In this document: piece after piece, positions 26,721-40,108 of the stretch
How positions within the stretch are numbered: position 1 is the stretch's first letter
Layout: each line of letters begins with the position of its first letter
Source of the DNA: Dicyema japonicum
Lineage: Eukaryota > Animalia > Dicyemida
DNA length: 64,000 nucleotides
Reading direction: 5' to 3'
Assembly (NCBI GenBank): GCA_011109175.1
Contig: RDEW01000003.1
Coordinates: 851,071-915,070 of the forward strand
Program-made: the position numbers and the translations under genes
Notes under the pieces: generated by a model
Seen by the model: the letters and a program-made list of their open reading frames with translations, nothing else
What the model was told of the DNA's origin: nothing
Databases searched by the model: none

Positions 26721-27262
26721 TATAAATTATTATTAGCTCAATTTCTTTAAAATAATTAATAGCGCCACTATCATTAGTTATAGGATATCGTAGTAGTTAC
26801 TTATATCGCTCGGGTACCAGTTAACTGTTGGTTCACTTACCACATCGTTACTTACTTGGTAGAAGGAATTCCTTACTACTGTTTTCCTTACTCAATCTCT
26901 AGAACCGTCGTTGGATCCAGATAACTTAAGAGACACCCTATATTTAGCCGGCATCCAAAACTCTTCTCTATTCTATAGTTCTTAACTTCTTTTCGGTTTG
27001 GTTGTATGCGATTTCCTGTAGACAATCTAATTTAAAATTAATTTCATGTCTTCTGATAAATTTGATCTAAGTTAAAATACTAATTTTCTAAAATTTCAAT
27101 TATTTATAAAATTATTTGTAAATTTTATTTAAAATGATGTAAAATAATAAAAAGAAGAAATACAAATTTGAATTATTTTGAACGTGGTTTGTCTATCTTT
27201 ATTTTCACAAAAATCATTACTTTATAAGTTTTTGTCAAATTACCGTTTCATATAGGTAACAG

Positions 27263-30200
27263 ATGAATCCGCAAGTCGAACAGGTAGTTTAACCTATAAT
27301 CTCCTATATTAGGTCCAGTTTATGGAAAAACAGTGCGACTTGTTGTTCAATTCCGACAACAACACATTAAAAAACGAGGCTCAGCAAAAAATTAATTTCT
27401 TTTTTCAAGGAGTTTCTATTCTGGATTTCAGCATTACGTGCCTCGAATATTCAAGGGTATATTTCTTATGAATTTCAGAACATTTATCTGCACTTTTTCA
27501 CCCTCACCCAACTGAACCGACACCTTGATGACAAGTCGATTGATTTCTCCCAAGAAAGCAAGAATGTCTTCTGTAAAGTGGCTTTATAACCGTCTAGTGC
27601 CCGGTTTACTCAATTATATTGGAAATAGTAACGAAAACGACATTAATTGCATACAATATGCCATTCAAGTATTATTTTGACTCAAAAATGTAGATTTACG
27701 TTAGAGTTGTGATGTTTGGCGACTCCTCTGTCGGTAATACAACGAATGTAATAAACGAAGCTAAGAAATTTATAGAGGTTGTCTAATAATCCTAATTTGA
27801 CAGGGAGAATCACTGATTCCTTACCAAAACTACGTCGGCTTCACGATGCTTTGCTATTTGGTGGAAGAAACCAGCAAATCTAGCAACTTTTCCCTCGTGG
27901 TTGTTTTTGTACCTTTAACTCCAGGAAGTTCTTCGAGGGTGGGACTTTTTGTCGAATATAAGGTCACGTGATAAGTTCACGGAAAGACAATTTTTGGAGA
28001 TTATAAATATCTCGATTCACTACCTTGCGAATCTCACTCAAATGCATTCGACTGAAATTATGAAATTTGTCAATGTACTCGATCTCTATAATATTAGACT
28101 ATCAAGTCTGCCCTCGATGTGATAAGGAGCTGTCTCATGTACGAATTTGGAAGTCCTGGGCTTGAAACATACTCCAACGACATGGTTATTGTAAACCTTC
28201 CCAAGATCTGGCATTCTTGTAATTTGGTTGTATTTTACTTAGACATTTACTCATTTTCGACCCCAAATACTCTGTTTAAGCTCATCCAATATGTCCCTCC
28301 TGATTTACTCAGTCATGTTTGTTATTTTCTGTTAAATTCAAGATTTATGAATGCCTGGGGCCTATGATTTCGATGGGAAGGAATACGATTACCACAACTG
28401 ATCGGTCTCAATTCGTAAATGCTGTTGCAGGCGCTATTAGCTTCATTCTTGAGCGATCCGAGGTTTTTTTGGATTTCATTTTGTAGGCACTGTGCTTTAA
28501 TAGTGGGTTCCATTCATTCGCTAAAATGCTCCTTCGGTTTCACATATCCTTCCCAAGGACTGAACTAGAGACGATGCAGTGCTACCAGTCTTACATTAAA
28601 CTACTGTCCAATTTTACTTTATCCGCTATTCGAGTTATCAAATCGTAATTATTTTAGCAACACAAACAAATTGGAGATAATTCGCTTACTTATGTGCTGC
28701 AATTGTGGTCACGATTTTCCTGAGCAGTAAGCATGATTCCTCCAACCACATCAATCGCTACCTGATAGAAATAGTCCATGCTTACATTTCCTTAAGACTT
28801 GATACGAATGATGTCGTAAGGTAATTTTACAACTAAAATTAGTTTTGACGACACAAAAAATTATCTGATTGAATGCCACGACAACATCTCTTCACAACTT
28901 GATACGGTTACTTTTTCCCTCTTATGGTTTGGTAGATCGGCTACTTATTCCGAGTTAACTATTCTGTCAATTACCATTTAATCAAGAATGAGTTTGACCT
29001 TACTGTGAAGATATTCCAAAGTGAAATGGCCAGTTTACGGCTAAATCCAAAAACCGACTGTATTTTTGCTTATAATTTCAGCAAAACTTGCATGGCTTAT
29101 ATTTTTCGTCTCCCACATAATCAACTGCGCCAATTCCCTGAACTCAAATACGGGAGAAATCGAAAACTGTGATGCTAACTTGTGTACTGAGTAAACTGTT
29201 TTCCCAACTCTAGTATCTTGACCTTGATGACGAGTACTGCGAATAATTTTCACTCATTCTATTCGTTTAACCTCGAACGAGCCTTCATCTGCTTTCTAGG
29301 ATTCTTCCAAAAGGCCTACATTGGGCAAAGCAATGAGACCATAAATATAGTTTTTCTTTTCATCCACCTTAGATTTATACAATGATTTCTTCGCATGACA
29401 CTAAAATGAGACCGGATACTGTTTTACTGATAATTGTCATGAATAGAATGTATTTTTATTGCTCACTTAAGCATGACCTACCTGAAAGTTATCAGCGACA
29501 TTGAGATCATTGAGTCTGCCGTCAACCTGCTCTGTAATTTAACCACCATCGACTATGTCAACACTCAGCTGATGGATATCAGTTCGGCTAAATACCTTCT
29601 TTTCAACCACATTGTCGTCGTTATGTTCATTTATAGCCTGAGCGACTAACCTTCCTTGGAATGAACGACCCAAAAATTCTGCCAATCCGGACTAAATTTT
29701 TTTCCTCTTTGGCTGTTATGGCCTCGACGCCCAACCTGACAAATGCAGGGTTCAAAAGCTTTATAAAAATTATTGATAGTAGCAATTCTTATAATCTTAG
29801 GCCGACTTTCTCTTTGCAAACAAAAAATTGATTCGGGCGACTTTAATAGCTGTCGAAACGAAGTTATGTTTCTTGCCAGAGACCTTCGTGGCATCTGCTA
29901 TTCAATGACTCACAGTTATTCCTTTCAATTTTTCTCTCTTGGATAAGAAACGGATACTTATTTATGCTTGCTCAATGTCTTCAATATTACTACAATGATG
30001 TTCCCGTTTCCTCATCAATTTTCCGCTTTATGATTGAAGCTACCACTAACCGGTGTTAAATTTTCCGTTGATTTTCAGATTTCAGCGCCTCCACTTTGAT
30101 GTTACTTCCCCGAACGGAATTTACTTGATGAAGGCTGTCTGTACGACATGTTCCTGTTTTGGTTAAAAGCTGAGTTTATAATACTAGGGTCCAATGCGGT

Positions 30201-31119
30201 GAAAGTCTTTCTCCCACCAGAATCGTCTGAGTACTATGGCCACAAGTTTCAATTTGTCGTTTAGTTTCCTAATAGAATCAAGCTGACTGTATGTTCTCTC
30301 ATGTTACTAAATTATGCGCTCAATGCTAAATATACCAATGTCGCCTTATTCGAAGTTTACAACGACAACTGTTTGAATGATGCCCTCAAAACTAATTTTA
30401 CTCTTTTTATTTCCATTGATGTCGCCTCTATTAATGTAGTTGGGCTAGTAAACTTTAGACATATGAAAAATTGAGGAAAGCCGTGTTTTCCTTTATTCTA
30501 ATTCTAACCTCAGATTACTATGATTTTCTCGATAGTCAACCGATTGATTCGATTATTTCTCTCATTACAGTTATGAGGTCTGGTCTTAATAGCATCGGTA
30601 TTGATTGACCCTTCATAGCAGATTTTTCGATGGCGTCTTCTGCGTGTGCTTCACTTGAATGTCTTTTCTCAGAAGTCTATAAAAGAATGAATGAAAATGA
30701 GCTGAATTGTCAGGGAACTATGCATCTGCTTATAACGCAGCATATTGATTATATTTATCAGGTGGTTTGTATGGTTTAGTTTAGACGGTTTTGTTTATTT
30801 TAAAAATCGTTATTGCTGAAAGACAAAGCAACGTTTGGACTTTCGCTCGTCCATTTCTCGCTCTTGTTGTGATTAATAGTCAGGTATTGTAGCCATTAAC
30901 TGCCAGATTCTACCTCAATTGGAGAAAGATGTGTGCCAATTGTATTCTCCGGATTTGCATTCATTTATTAGCCAAGAATTTCAGCTGTTATCTGAGGTAC
31001 TAAAGAATATGCACATGGACATTAATAAAGAAAAGTTCGCTTATGTTCATTATTTTAGATTTATTGAGGCTTTTTCAAAATTTTTAGAAAATCTCCACCC
31101 GTTGCAAACATTGAATTAA
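27263..31119 (+). CDS. XPO7: Exportin-7/RanBP16-17-like, many micro-introns
   Basis: LARDLRGICYSM, QRLHFDVTSPNGIYL, NVALFEVYNDNCLNDAL and VWTFARPFLAL match XPO7 motifs. Confidence 0.85.
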
Positions 31120-31259
31120 TTTGTAATAACTGAGCTTTATTGTATCTGATTTTTGCCTATAAATGTGTTTTCTTTAGTCTTATTGTATGATTTAAGCCTA
31201 ACATTAATTTATTAATTTTTTTATTAATAAAAAAACAGATATTAATAACAAAGCATGCT

Positions 31260-32340
31260 TTAGCATCCAAAAGACAGTGGACGACGGTCTTTCCCAGGTG
31301 TTGTGAAAACCATCCTTTGTGCCACAATCGCATTTCGGCGATTAGGACTAATCGGAAACGAGCTCAAAAGGCCACTCGACAGAGTCGTATTTAAGCAGTC
31401 ATAAGGAGCTACCACTGAGATGAAATGGTGAATGAACAGACGCACACACTTATCACATGAGATTTCTTTCATGCGAGAGTAATCATCCTATCGGGTCTCT
31501 TCTCTTCCTTCTGGTTAAACCCTGGGACCCAATCAAAGACGGCTACCCAACTGACTCTAGACCACGTTTGATAATTTTCTTTGAGCGGTGTGTCTGGAAA
31601 TTTATCAAGTTCATAATCTTTGCTTTACTTCTTATAAATTTCGCAACTCAACTACCCCCGTGATAACTTTATTTTGAATTTTCCTTATTATCCTGGAATA
31701 AAGCGGAGTTGTCATTCTAATTTTATTAATCTGTGAAAACTATAAGACTTAAATTTCTGGACAAATGAAGTGTAAAATTTTTGAATATTTTTGTCTTGTT
31801 TTTTGACTTCCACTGACAAAGTCATAAGTCAAGAGGATGCTATAAAGTTAATGAGCACAGTTACGTGACTCCAATTAACTATGTCAGAGATATTACTTTT
31901 TGAACTTTTCCCATTTTCTTGGATCCTTTAGCGAAACAAAAATAAAAGTCGAGAAAAATCACGAGAACAAAACCAATGACAGAGAAGAAACCCCCAGAGT
32001 CCGAAATTGTAAAAGATCAGTATTTTACAGCACTTAAATAAAAACAGCAGAAATGTATTAAAGTATACGAGCATATTTCTCTGCGAAATATGGTTTCAAT
32101 TACAGTGAGGTTGGGAATGTGAGGTGTTGATCAAGTTACAGAAAGAAACCTTGATTAAAAAGATCAACTTACCGGAGGTCGAGTCCATTATGTCATTGGG
32201 GCAAAAAATGGCGCTTGAAATCTCATACCCAGATTTTTTCAATCAGTCTGAACAACTAGGGAGACGGAGAAGGCAATGACTGCCCGACGTCAACTTAATT
32301 AGAAATATTTATTGTTTTTTAAAGAAATTCTGGCAACATG
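31260..32340 (-). CDS. Hypothetical multi-exon protein with a hydrophobic segment; structure unresolved
   Basis: Open segments separated by GT..AG micro-intron candidates (e.g. GTAAGTTGATCTTTTTAATCAAG); GGFFSVIGFVLVIFLDFYF; terminal ORF 31260-31472. Confidence 0.35.
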
Positions 32341-32924
32341 ATTTAAATTTTTGATTTTTCTATTTGAATTTTCTGAATCTGTGAAACCAATTCTACTATG
32401 CAACTCATGAACGTGAGGAACGCCGAGACCTGGTCATAAGAGACTAGAAGGAAAAACTGTAGGATTATTCGTATGGATGTTGTGACAACATGCAATCTTC
32501 TTTTAAATCAAAATGAAACTGGGGGCTTCCGTGGAGGGCAGAGAACTATGCATCCTCTCTGTCTGTAACAAGATTATGCCCAAGTTGGTGGGAAATGAAA
32601 ACAAACATACAACCACAATGAACTGTGGAGGAAAGTTGAAAAACTGGTAGAGCGGATAGTAAAGTCTAATCCATTTATTCATAGACGAGGGAGTGCTTTT
32701 AACTAACTATTGAAACTGAATGTTTACAGTTGAAGCAAAATTCATAATCTTAAAAACTAATCTGAAATCGTTGAATTATATTGTCGAATAGAAAATCACT
32801 AATTATTGGCTATTCTTTTCGCGTATCGATAGCTATTCTTTGTTTAAGCTTTAGCAGAGATTTCAGTAAATAGAAAGTTAATTATTGAATAAAGTCAGTG
32901 GGAATTAAATAATTGCCTTCTATT

Positions 32925-33020
32925 TTTTAAGCCACGACGCACGTGAGACTCGGTGGCTTCTCCAATTGATCTCTGTTACAACCGTGAGAGGCAACGCAAC
33001 GTCGATTATGTCGCCAGTTT
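32925..33020 (+). mobile_element. CRE-like 3' fragment
   Basis: HDARETRWLLQLISVTTVRGNATSIMS, near-identical to the C-terminus of ORF 35233-36918. Confidence 0.75.
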
Positions 33021-33169
33021 TGACTGTTAATTTTAATAGTCGCGTTAATACTCCAATACACTTCCAATCGTCCCAAATGGCCAATGTAAAACGATTGTAC
33101 ATAGTCATCGTTATTCTTAATAGTTATCTCTTCTATTTTTTTCTCCCAACAATCTGAGAACATTTGCTT

Positions 33170-33475
33170 GTGCCTACCAAATCTATCTTCCAATAATACA
33201 TTACAGACTTCCGCTTCGGAAGAGAGGTGGGGAAGTAGGTCCGCCCTTTTCCATTTTTGTCGCACGTCCTATCGTCGCGGATATCACTTCATTCTTCTGC
33301 ATTATTTTGAATGTTAGCGTGGCGTCATGGTTCACCTTTTATGTGGCGCTCAATGTCGAATAACACCTAGAAGAACCATTTTCTCTTCCCCGTCCAGACT
33401 CCTCGTATGCCTGGATGGTGTACCTCGGCGGAATAGTTATCATAATGTAATCTTCACCAGAGGATTTGGTCAGAA
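33170..33475 (-). repeat. Body of a dispersed repeat shared with 62730-63070 and 47450-47545
   Basis: Shared blocks CCGCCCTTT.C.ATTT.GTCGCA.GTCCTA.CGTCGCGGA.ATCACTTCATTCTTC and CATAATGT.ATCTTCA.C..AGGATTTGGTCAG. Confidence 0.7.
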
Positions 33476-33585
33476 AAAATAAAATAACTAAATAATATAT
33501 CAAAGATAGATGTATATATTTTAATATAATAAATATTGCAGACATATTTAATTAAATTATTCAAACACGCTTGGTGAAAGACAAA

Positions 33586-35144
33586 ATGTTCAGGTGTGGC
33601 TTTGTTTTTGATTTAATGTATTATATGTAGTTTTTCCCCCAAATATACTGAAGGAATGTATCAATTCATGTTTCATTATTAATTTACTAAGATGTAGGCA
33701 ATTATCTGCAAAGAAACTGTATTCATTTAAGCGGTCCACTTTGTGCTAAGGATTACTACAAAATATTAAATGTCAATAAAAATTCTACAGAAAAGGAGAT
33801 CAAGAAAGCTTATTTTGAAGTAAAATTAAAAGTGAAGTCTTAGTTAGCGAAGAAATACCATCCCGATACGAATAAGGACGCGAACGCTGCTGATAAGTTC
33901 AAGGATGTCTCTGAGGCTTATCAAGTTTATTAGTTGTAATAATTTATAAAGATTCCTTGGAGATCCTGAGAAAAAAAGAAACTATGATACATATGGAAGT
34001 GCGGACAGTCCCTTTTCTAACTATAGCTCATCGTATTCTTCTCAGTCTGGTAATTGGTCTCTCTTTATTATCAAGGGACCGGGGCTGATCCCTTTGACAT
34101 TTTCAAAATGTTTACTGGAGGTTTTGGAATTTCCAGAAATTTACTAATTTTTCTACTGGATTTTCAAACTTTAATTCTCCAAAGACAGAATACAAGGTAG
34201 AGTATTCTATTTACATTTAAAGATCAAAGTAAATCTTTCCTTTGAAGAAGCCGCCCGAGGTGTTCAAAATAAGACGATCTCAGCCAATTTTAATTTTACC
34301 TGTCCTTCCTGTAATGGCTCGCGTTATAATAAGAACAGCCGACCAACCCGATGCTACAAGTGTAATGGAACCGGCTTTGTATTGAATTCTATGTATTTTG
34401 AAGGATTCGTCGAACACAGCTTCGTTTTTTGTCCGATTCCCATGCTCAGCTTGTAATGGAGCGAAATATATTTATACCGATCCCTGTACCACATGCAACG
34501 GCAGTGGAACAGTAGCGACTCCCAAAAATGCAAAAATTGAAGTTCCTGGAGGTTATTTGGTGTATAAAATTTAGGAGTCACAGATGGTGAAATCGCACGT
34601 GTCAAAGTAAATGGAGTTGACTTGTTTGTCGAGTTTTCTGTTGCTACAAGCAACTATTTTAAGCGGGATAATTTGGATGTGATAACTGAGTGTCCTGTTT
34701 CTATCTCTCAAGCACTTTTCGGGGGATCTGTGTCTGTTCGTGGATTGTACGGAAATGAGACCGTCAATGTTCATTTATAATGTTTATTTGAGATCCCTCC
34801 TGGTTCCTCTTCTCATTCTGTCGTCAGGTTATACGGGAAGGGAATAAGCAATCGGGGAAAGGGAATCAAAGGAGACCATCGGATTGTCCTCAAAATCTTG
34901 ATACCAAAGTGATATGTTTTGTTAAATTTTAGGAATTTGACTTTGAAAGAAAAAGCTTTGATGCTTTTGTTTGCAGAAATGGAGAAAAGCGAAGGATCAG
35001 TGAATTCAATCGCCACAACAGAAAGCGGTGGTTATTTTGATTATTTAAGGATTCCGTACTATTGACAAATGCTATGGATTGGTTGATGCCATCAGAGAAG
35101 TCTTGGATGAGACTAATTCTAACCGGAATAAGACTTCTAAATGA
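33586..35144 (+). CDS. DNAJA3: Mitochondrial type-I DnaJ (Tid1/DNAJA3-like), ~10 micro-introns
   Basis: Presequence-like IHLSGPLCA before KDYYKIL; HPD motif; four CxxCxG-type repeats; C-terminal IPPGSSSH..GKGI..GDH; introns mostly 22-27 nt; apparent 1-nt indels near 33952 and 34140. Confidence 0.85.
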
Positions 35145-35166
35145 AATTTTCTATTTTTTACCATTT

Positions 35167-37821
35167 TTTTTTAAATAATCAATTTATTAACAATTAAAAT
35201 AATCAGTTAATTTATCCCCCAGTAAAGCATATTTAAAACTGCCATCCATCCAAAGTGGACCCCGCCGACATTATCGACGTTGCGTTGCCTCTCACGACTG
35301 CAACAGAGATCAACTGGAGTAGCCACCGGGTCTCACGTGCGTCGTGGCTTTTTAGTGTAGCTAAGCGTCCAAGTTTCTTTAGGAAGCGAAGCGATTTTCC
35401 ACTTATTCCTCCAGTTGTCTCGACCACTATCGGATAAAACGCGAATCGGTCGCGTAGCGCTTCGTACTTCTTCTCCTTTGCCATCATCGTTTTTTCCGCG
35501 GAATACAGTGTGTCTACCGCGCTCCCGACAATGTTGGACGGGCAAAGCGTGTCGACACAAGTAGCGTCCCAGACCAAAGGTTTCCCCTCTTCGAATGGGA
35601 AAATTGTGATCCCGTCGGGACGTTTTCCGTCTCCTCTGTCCAGACCAACAGGTTCTAGTATGGCTGGGTATCCCGCAGACTCCAGGGCTCGCTTGACAAT
35701 TCCGTTGATCGCCTTGTGTCTTGGGAATCGTCCTGCACTCCTTCGACAAGAGAGGGCATGGAGTCCATAACAATCGACGGTTGCGCCACATCGGCATTTG
35801 TGGGTCCGGCAAATCTCCAGTCCAAGTCTGGTGGAGATGCCGATGCGGACAGTATCGTCGTCAAGATGGGTCCCGACACTGCCAACTGGGAGTGCATTGA
35901 TCCATGCGCCACTCGATTCGCATCTTCCAGTGACTAGACATGCACGTCTGTGTTGGTTTGATTGGTTCAGAAGCCTCTCATATTTATCCTCGCAGATGGT
36001 CCTGTAACGATCTTTCTGCTCAGGCATCATCCCCTTCAAATGCTCCATCTCTGTGATTTCAGATGATTCTGTTTGGAGTTGGAGAATCATCCTGACCAGC
36101 AGTCGGCTGGAGCCCAAAGAGGATAGATAAGCAGGGCAAGCCAGATCTTTCGTTGAAGGGATTCCCAGTCCGCCCAGGCTAACGGGTAGGGTCGCTTGGT
36201 CCCACCCTTGGTCGTCAAATTTCACATTTGTGATACGTTCAATAGTACTCCGGAAGAGGGAATCGATAGCATCGAGCTGTTGCATTTTCAAGTAGCAGGG
36301 TGCCCCCCGAAGAACGTAGTTCAGTTTCTGTGCTGATAAGGCGTTTCTCAGGAGGAATAGGGAGGTGTGTGCGTCCAGCATCTCCAGACGTCTGAATGTT
36401 GTTTTTAGTTGATGTTCTTTTGTTCTTAGAGTGTTACTGATTCCAGCATCAGTAAGAGGGCATCCAAGTATTTCCAGTTCTTCTGATTTGGTTTCTGTGG
36501 CTTTCGGAATGATCTCTCTGAACATACCAAGGATCAGATCCCATTCAGACTGTGGAAATCCAAAATTGGTTACTTCACACTTATTGGTGTTTAGAGTTAG
36601 GCATAGGGATTCCAATTGTACTATCAGACTTTTCAAACAATCTAGTACATCCTTCGGATGGCCGCCCATGGTGCAATCATCCAAATACCATACTCTCAGA
36701 GGAGTGGAGCAGTATCCTGTGATACGGGCAATTCCCAGGCTGAACAAGGCGGGCCCCAGTGGGTCTCCTTGTTGGACTCCAGAAGACGATGGAATGTAAT
36801 ATTGGCCATGTACCAGACTGGATGGTTTTCGTATAACTGTACACTGATGGGTAGTATGTGAAGCAATCCTCCAGAATTGTATCACGTCGTATCGAGTTGA
36901 AGGCATTTTTAATGTCAATTTTGACGATTACGTGAGGAATGTTCACGTTCTTTTCGGTGAATGTTCGGACAGCATGAACTGCCGCTTCACAACCCCCCGG
37001 TGTGCCGACCCCTATTTGGGTTGGTTGCAGCTGTGTTATCAGCGTAGGTAGGATTGCTCTGCATACAAGCTTTGATGCCAACCGACGGAAGACCATTCCG
37101 ACTGCAATAGGGCGTATTCCACCTCCCTTCTTGTCGAATGCGATTAACTTTGCGGAAAACATTACGTGTCGAATTGTTTCTGGTAGTGTCCCTGATAGCA
37201 TCCTGTTCATTAGTTTGGTGATAGCCAACACGAGCCGGACCCCAGAGTTGCCCGTGTTATGAGCAATGAGATCTTTGATGTGACCCGGACGGAGCCCATC
37301 TAGTCCTCCACTGCTACTCGGGACGAAAGAGAGGATACCATCTTTTACGTCCTCTTCAGAGACAAGCAGATTGGGTAATTGTCCTGGGCAAGGGGGAACC
37401 CGGTGGTCGTTGGGAAGACTTGGGTGTCGCTCAACAAGTGATGCGTAGGACTGTTCGGACGGCTCAATTATACATTGTTGATCTGCAAGGATCCTCACCG
37501 CAGCACGGATACCACCTTCCGAAAGTTTTCGACGGATCGCGCTTCTTAATCTCTGAGTGTCCGAGATAGTCGATGTTGGCTTCTCATGGTTTTGAAATTT
37601 GTAGGTGAGCTTTTCTGAGTTTGCCAACAGGTTTTTTGAGAAGAATGTGTGGACATTTTCCTTTACTAATGACGTAAGTGATTTCCTCTTTCCCCCTCCT
37701 ATGGGGTATGCATAGTGTGAATGGAGCAAAGCAAAATAATCGTACCCAATCATCAGAGTCGTCCGAAGAAACTGCCCTTTCAATACACTCACATAGAAAC
37801 TGCCCTTTCAATACACTCACA
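35167..37821 (-). mobile_element. CRE-clade non-LTR retrotransposon (RT + RLE), 5'-truncated, one frameshift, 12-bp TSD
   Basis: GIRPIAVG, IDIKNAFNS, GVQQGDPLGP, WYLDD, CRCG..HALSC, RH, KRPDG..WDAT, PIVVET; TSD TTTTTACCATTT at 35155-35166 and 37822-37833. Confidence 0.92.
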
Positions 37822-38603
37822 TTTTTACCATTTAGTTTATTTTTGACGTTTATGTATTTTAATGTGAAATAAGGTCGAATTTATTGACGATGATAATAAT
37901 CATAAAATAACTAACTTTCTATACGTGTAACTTCTGACACGCATTAAACTACAAGTTATTTGAATTTTGGTAAGACAAGATTCGAACCAGGATCTTATAT
38001 GCACTCGTTGTTCCATTCAGAATTTCTGTTTTCCATTGTCTACCGATTTCATAACCTCGCCCATGGTCAGGAAAATAAAGAAGGCAAGAACTTTCATCAA
38101 TCATGAAGCTAAGTAGACATTATGTGAAATATAGGTACCACCTTTAAAAAATATTTCATGCTAAATTATAATTTCTCCAACAATGGATAGTTTATGTTAA
38201 TTTCCATATAAATTATCCTAAAATGATTTCACAGCCTCGTTCCTAAGGGAAATTAGCCCATCGTAAGAAAGACGTGCAGGAAACGGTCTGGCTGAGGCAA
38301 CGAATGGGGATTGCAGAATTTTTACAATTTTGTTTTTAAAATGTCCTAAAAGATTTACTATTATTTCCGCCCTACTAATTAATCTCAAAAATTGCGACAG
38401 TGTAGAGCGTCATCAGCGTCTCTGACTGAGGACTCATATTTCCATCCTGAAGGCACAATATTAAAAAATAGAAAATAAATTTTTCCAACAATAAAACAAA
38501 TATTTTTTTCACATGTCTATTAATTTTATTAAAATTGAATATAATTAACAATTAATTTTCATGAATATATATTTTTAAATTAAAAAAATAATATTTATAT
38601 TTA

Positions 38604-40108
38604 ATGTCGTTCTTGTTGACGCCTATCGCATCGGCGGTACATTAATATATGATATTTAAAGGCTGCATGCTGTTGTGGATCCGCCGTTTGTTCTTTGTTG
38701 TGTTGCAGATGTTGTCCTACATATACAAGCTCTGTGGTGACCAGAATAGTATATGGAGTACTCCTACTTGTTTTTATCGGAGTAGCCTCAATATTCCTCA
38801 TACCCTCTCTCAAAAACGACCTCGAGAAGGTAAATTTATCTAATCTACGCCAGATCCCTTTCATTTGTAATGGGTACAAGGTGGTCGACCCGATTCTGTC
38901 GGAGGAAAAATGCCACAATTTAGTCTCCTACTTATCAGTTTACCGAGTTTTCTTCGGAGTAGCTGGGTTCTTCTTTATAATGTCAATATTAACTCTGGGA
39001 GTGTCCAATTCGGGTACTATAAGGGGAAAGTTCCACAATGGAGTGTGGTGTCTGAAATTACTTATAATCGTTGGACTCATTACCGGGGCCTTTTTCATTC
39101 CTGGGGGAAACTTCGAAAGAAGTATATTTTCATCCCTAACAGTAGTTTGGTCCGGCATTTCAATGGCGGGCGCTTTTTTGTTTATGTTGGTTCAAATGAT
39201 TCTTCTGGTTGACTTTTCCTACAGCTGGTGTCAATCCTGGATGGCAAGACACGAAGACTCGACCAACCATGGATGGTTTGTTGCCCTCTCCGTGGTCACC
39301 ATCATTTTCTACGGAATGACCATCGCTTGTTTTTCTCTTTTGTTTGTCTACTATACAGGAAGACACGTGATAGTTCTAAGATAAATGCTAGTGGGGAGAT
39401 TGTCGTCTTCAAAAAGGACTGATATCTGGCTCGTTTATTAGCTGTTTCATTGTCTCTGTGGTCTCCATCTCACCAGTCGTCCAGCATTGTACAATTTTTG
39501 TTAACATCCAGCTTCTCCTTCCTCGGGGATATTCCAATCAGCAGTAATATCGGTCTATGTATCATATCTTACTTGGACTGCTCTCAGCAGCTCTACAGGT
39601 GGGTAAATTGTGACGTTCAGATTCTCTATGCAATCCTTCTTTATCAGAAATGGGCAACACTCTTTCGACTTCCGATTGCCTGTCTTTTCTGTTTCTTTTT
39701 GTCTCGCTTATGTACGGCGCGTATGTCTTATACCCACGTGTGTAGAATAACCTCATCATCAACGTCGAGCGTATTTAAACTCACTGGAAAGGACGAAACC
39801 ACTCCTTTAAACAGAATACATGAAAGAGGGGATGAGAAGATAGTGGAGGATGAGCATGAGGGAGTTACGTACAGTTATAGTTGGTTCCATGTGATGATGA
39901 TGGCAGCAGCCATGTATTCGATGATGTATATGACGAGATGGTACATGTATGAGTTTTTGTTCATTTTAGACCCAATTATTCGACGAAAACTCTGGTTCCT
40001 ACTAGTAACTCTATGTGGGTTAAAGTGGCTGCTTGTTGGGTCTGCATATTTCTGTATTTGTGGACACTAATCGCGCCCATTATTCTAACCTCGAGAGATT
40101 TCTCTTAA
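38604..40108 (+). CDS. SERINC: Serine incorporator (SERINC/TMS1), 8 introns of 21-25 nt
   Basis: Splices into one continuous ORF: ACCCGSA, SVYRV, HNGVW, QMILLVDF, YSYSWFH, WTLIAP..SRDFS*; introns 38637-38661, 38830-38853, 39122-39142, 39367-39391, 39489-39511, 39599-39620, 39721-39745, 39947-39969. Confidence 0.93.

Noticed and set aside
27263-31119. Stop-codon reassignment to explain fragmented ORFs
   Set aside because: In genes spliced fully by hand (SERINC, PFDN4, Y-box), in-frame stops fall within GT-AG micro-introns and the standard code works
36677-36918. Programmed frameshift between the two CRE ORFs
   Set aside because: The break falls inside the RT domain where residues appear to be missing; a small deletion or error is simpler
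35255-37262. Plus-strand ORFs overlapping the CRE element, and most other short ORFs in the track
   Set aside because: Antisense shadows of GC-richer coding sequence with no recognisable motifs
37900-38000. Possible spliced-leader RNA next to the CRE element (AATTTTGG Sm-like site)
   Set aside because: No donor-before-Sm arrangement or convincing hairpins; the TSD shows the CRE target is the DnaJ 3' UTR
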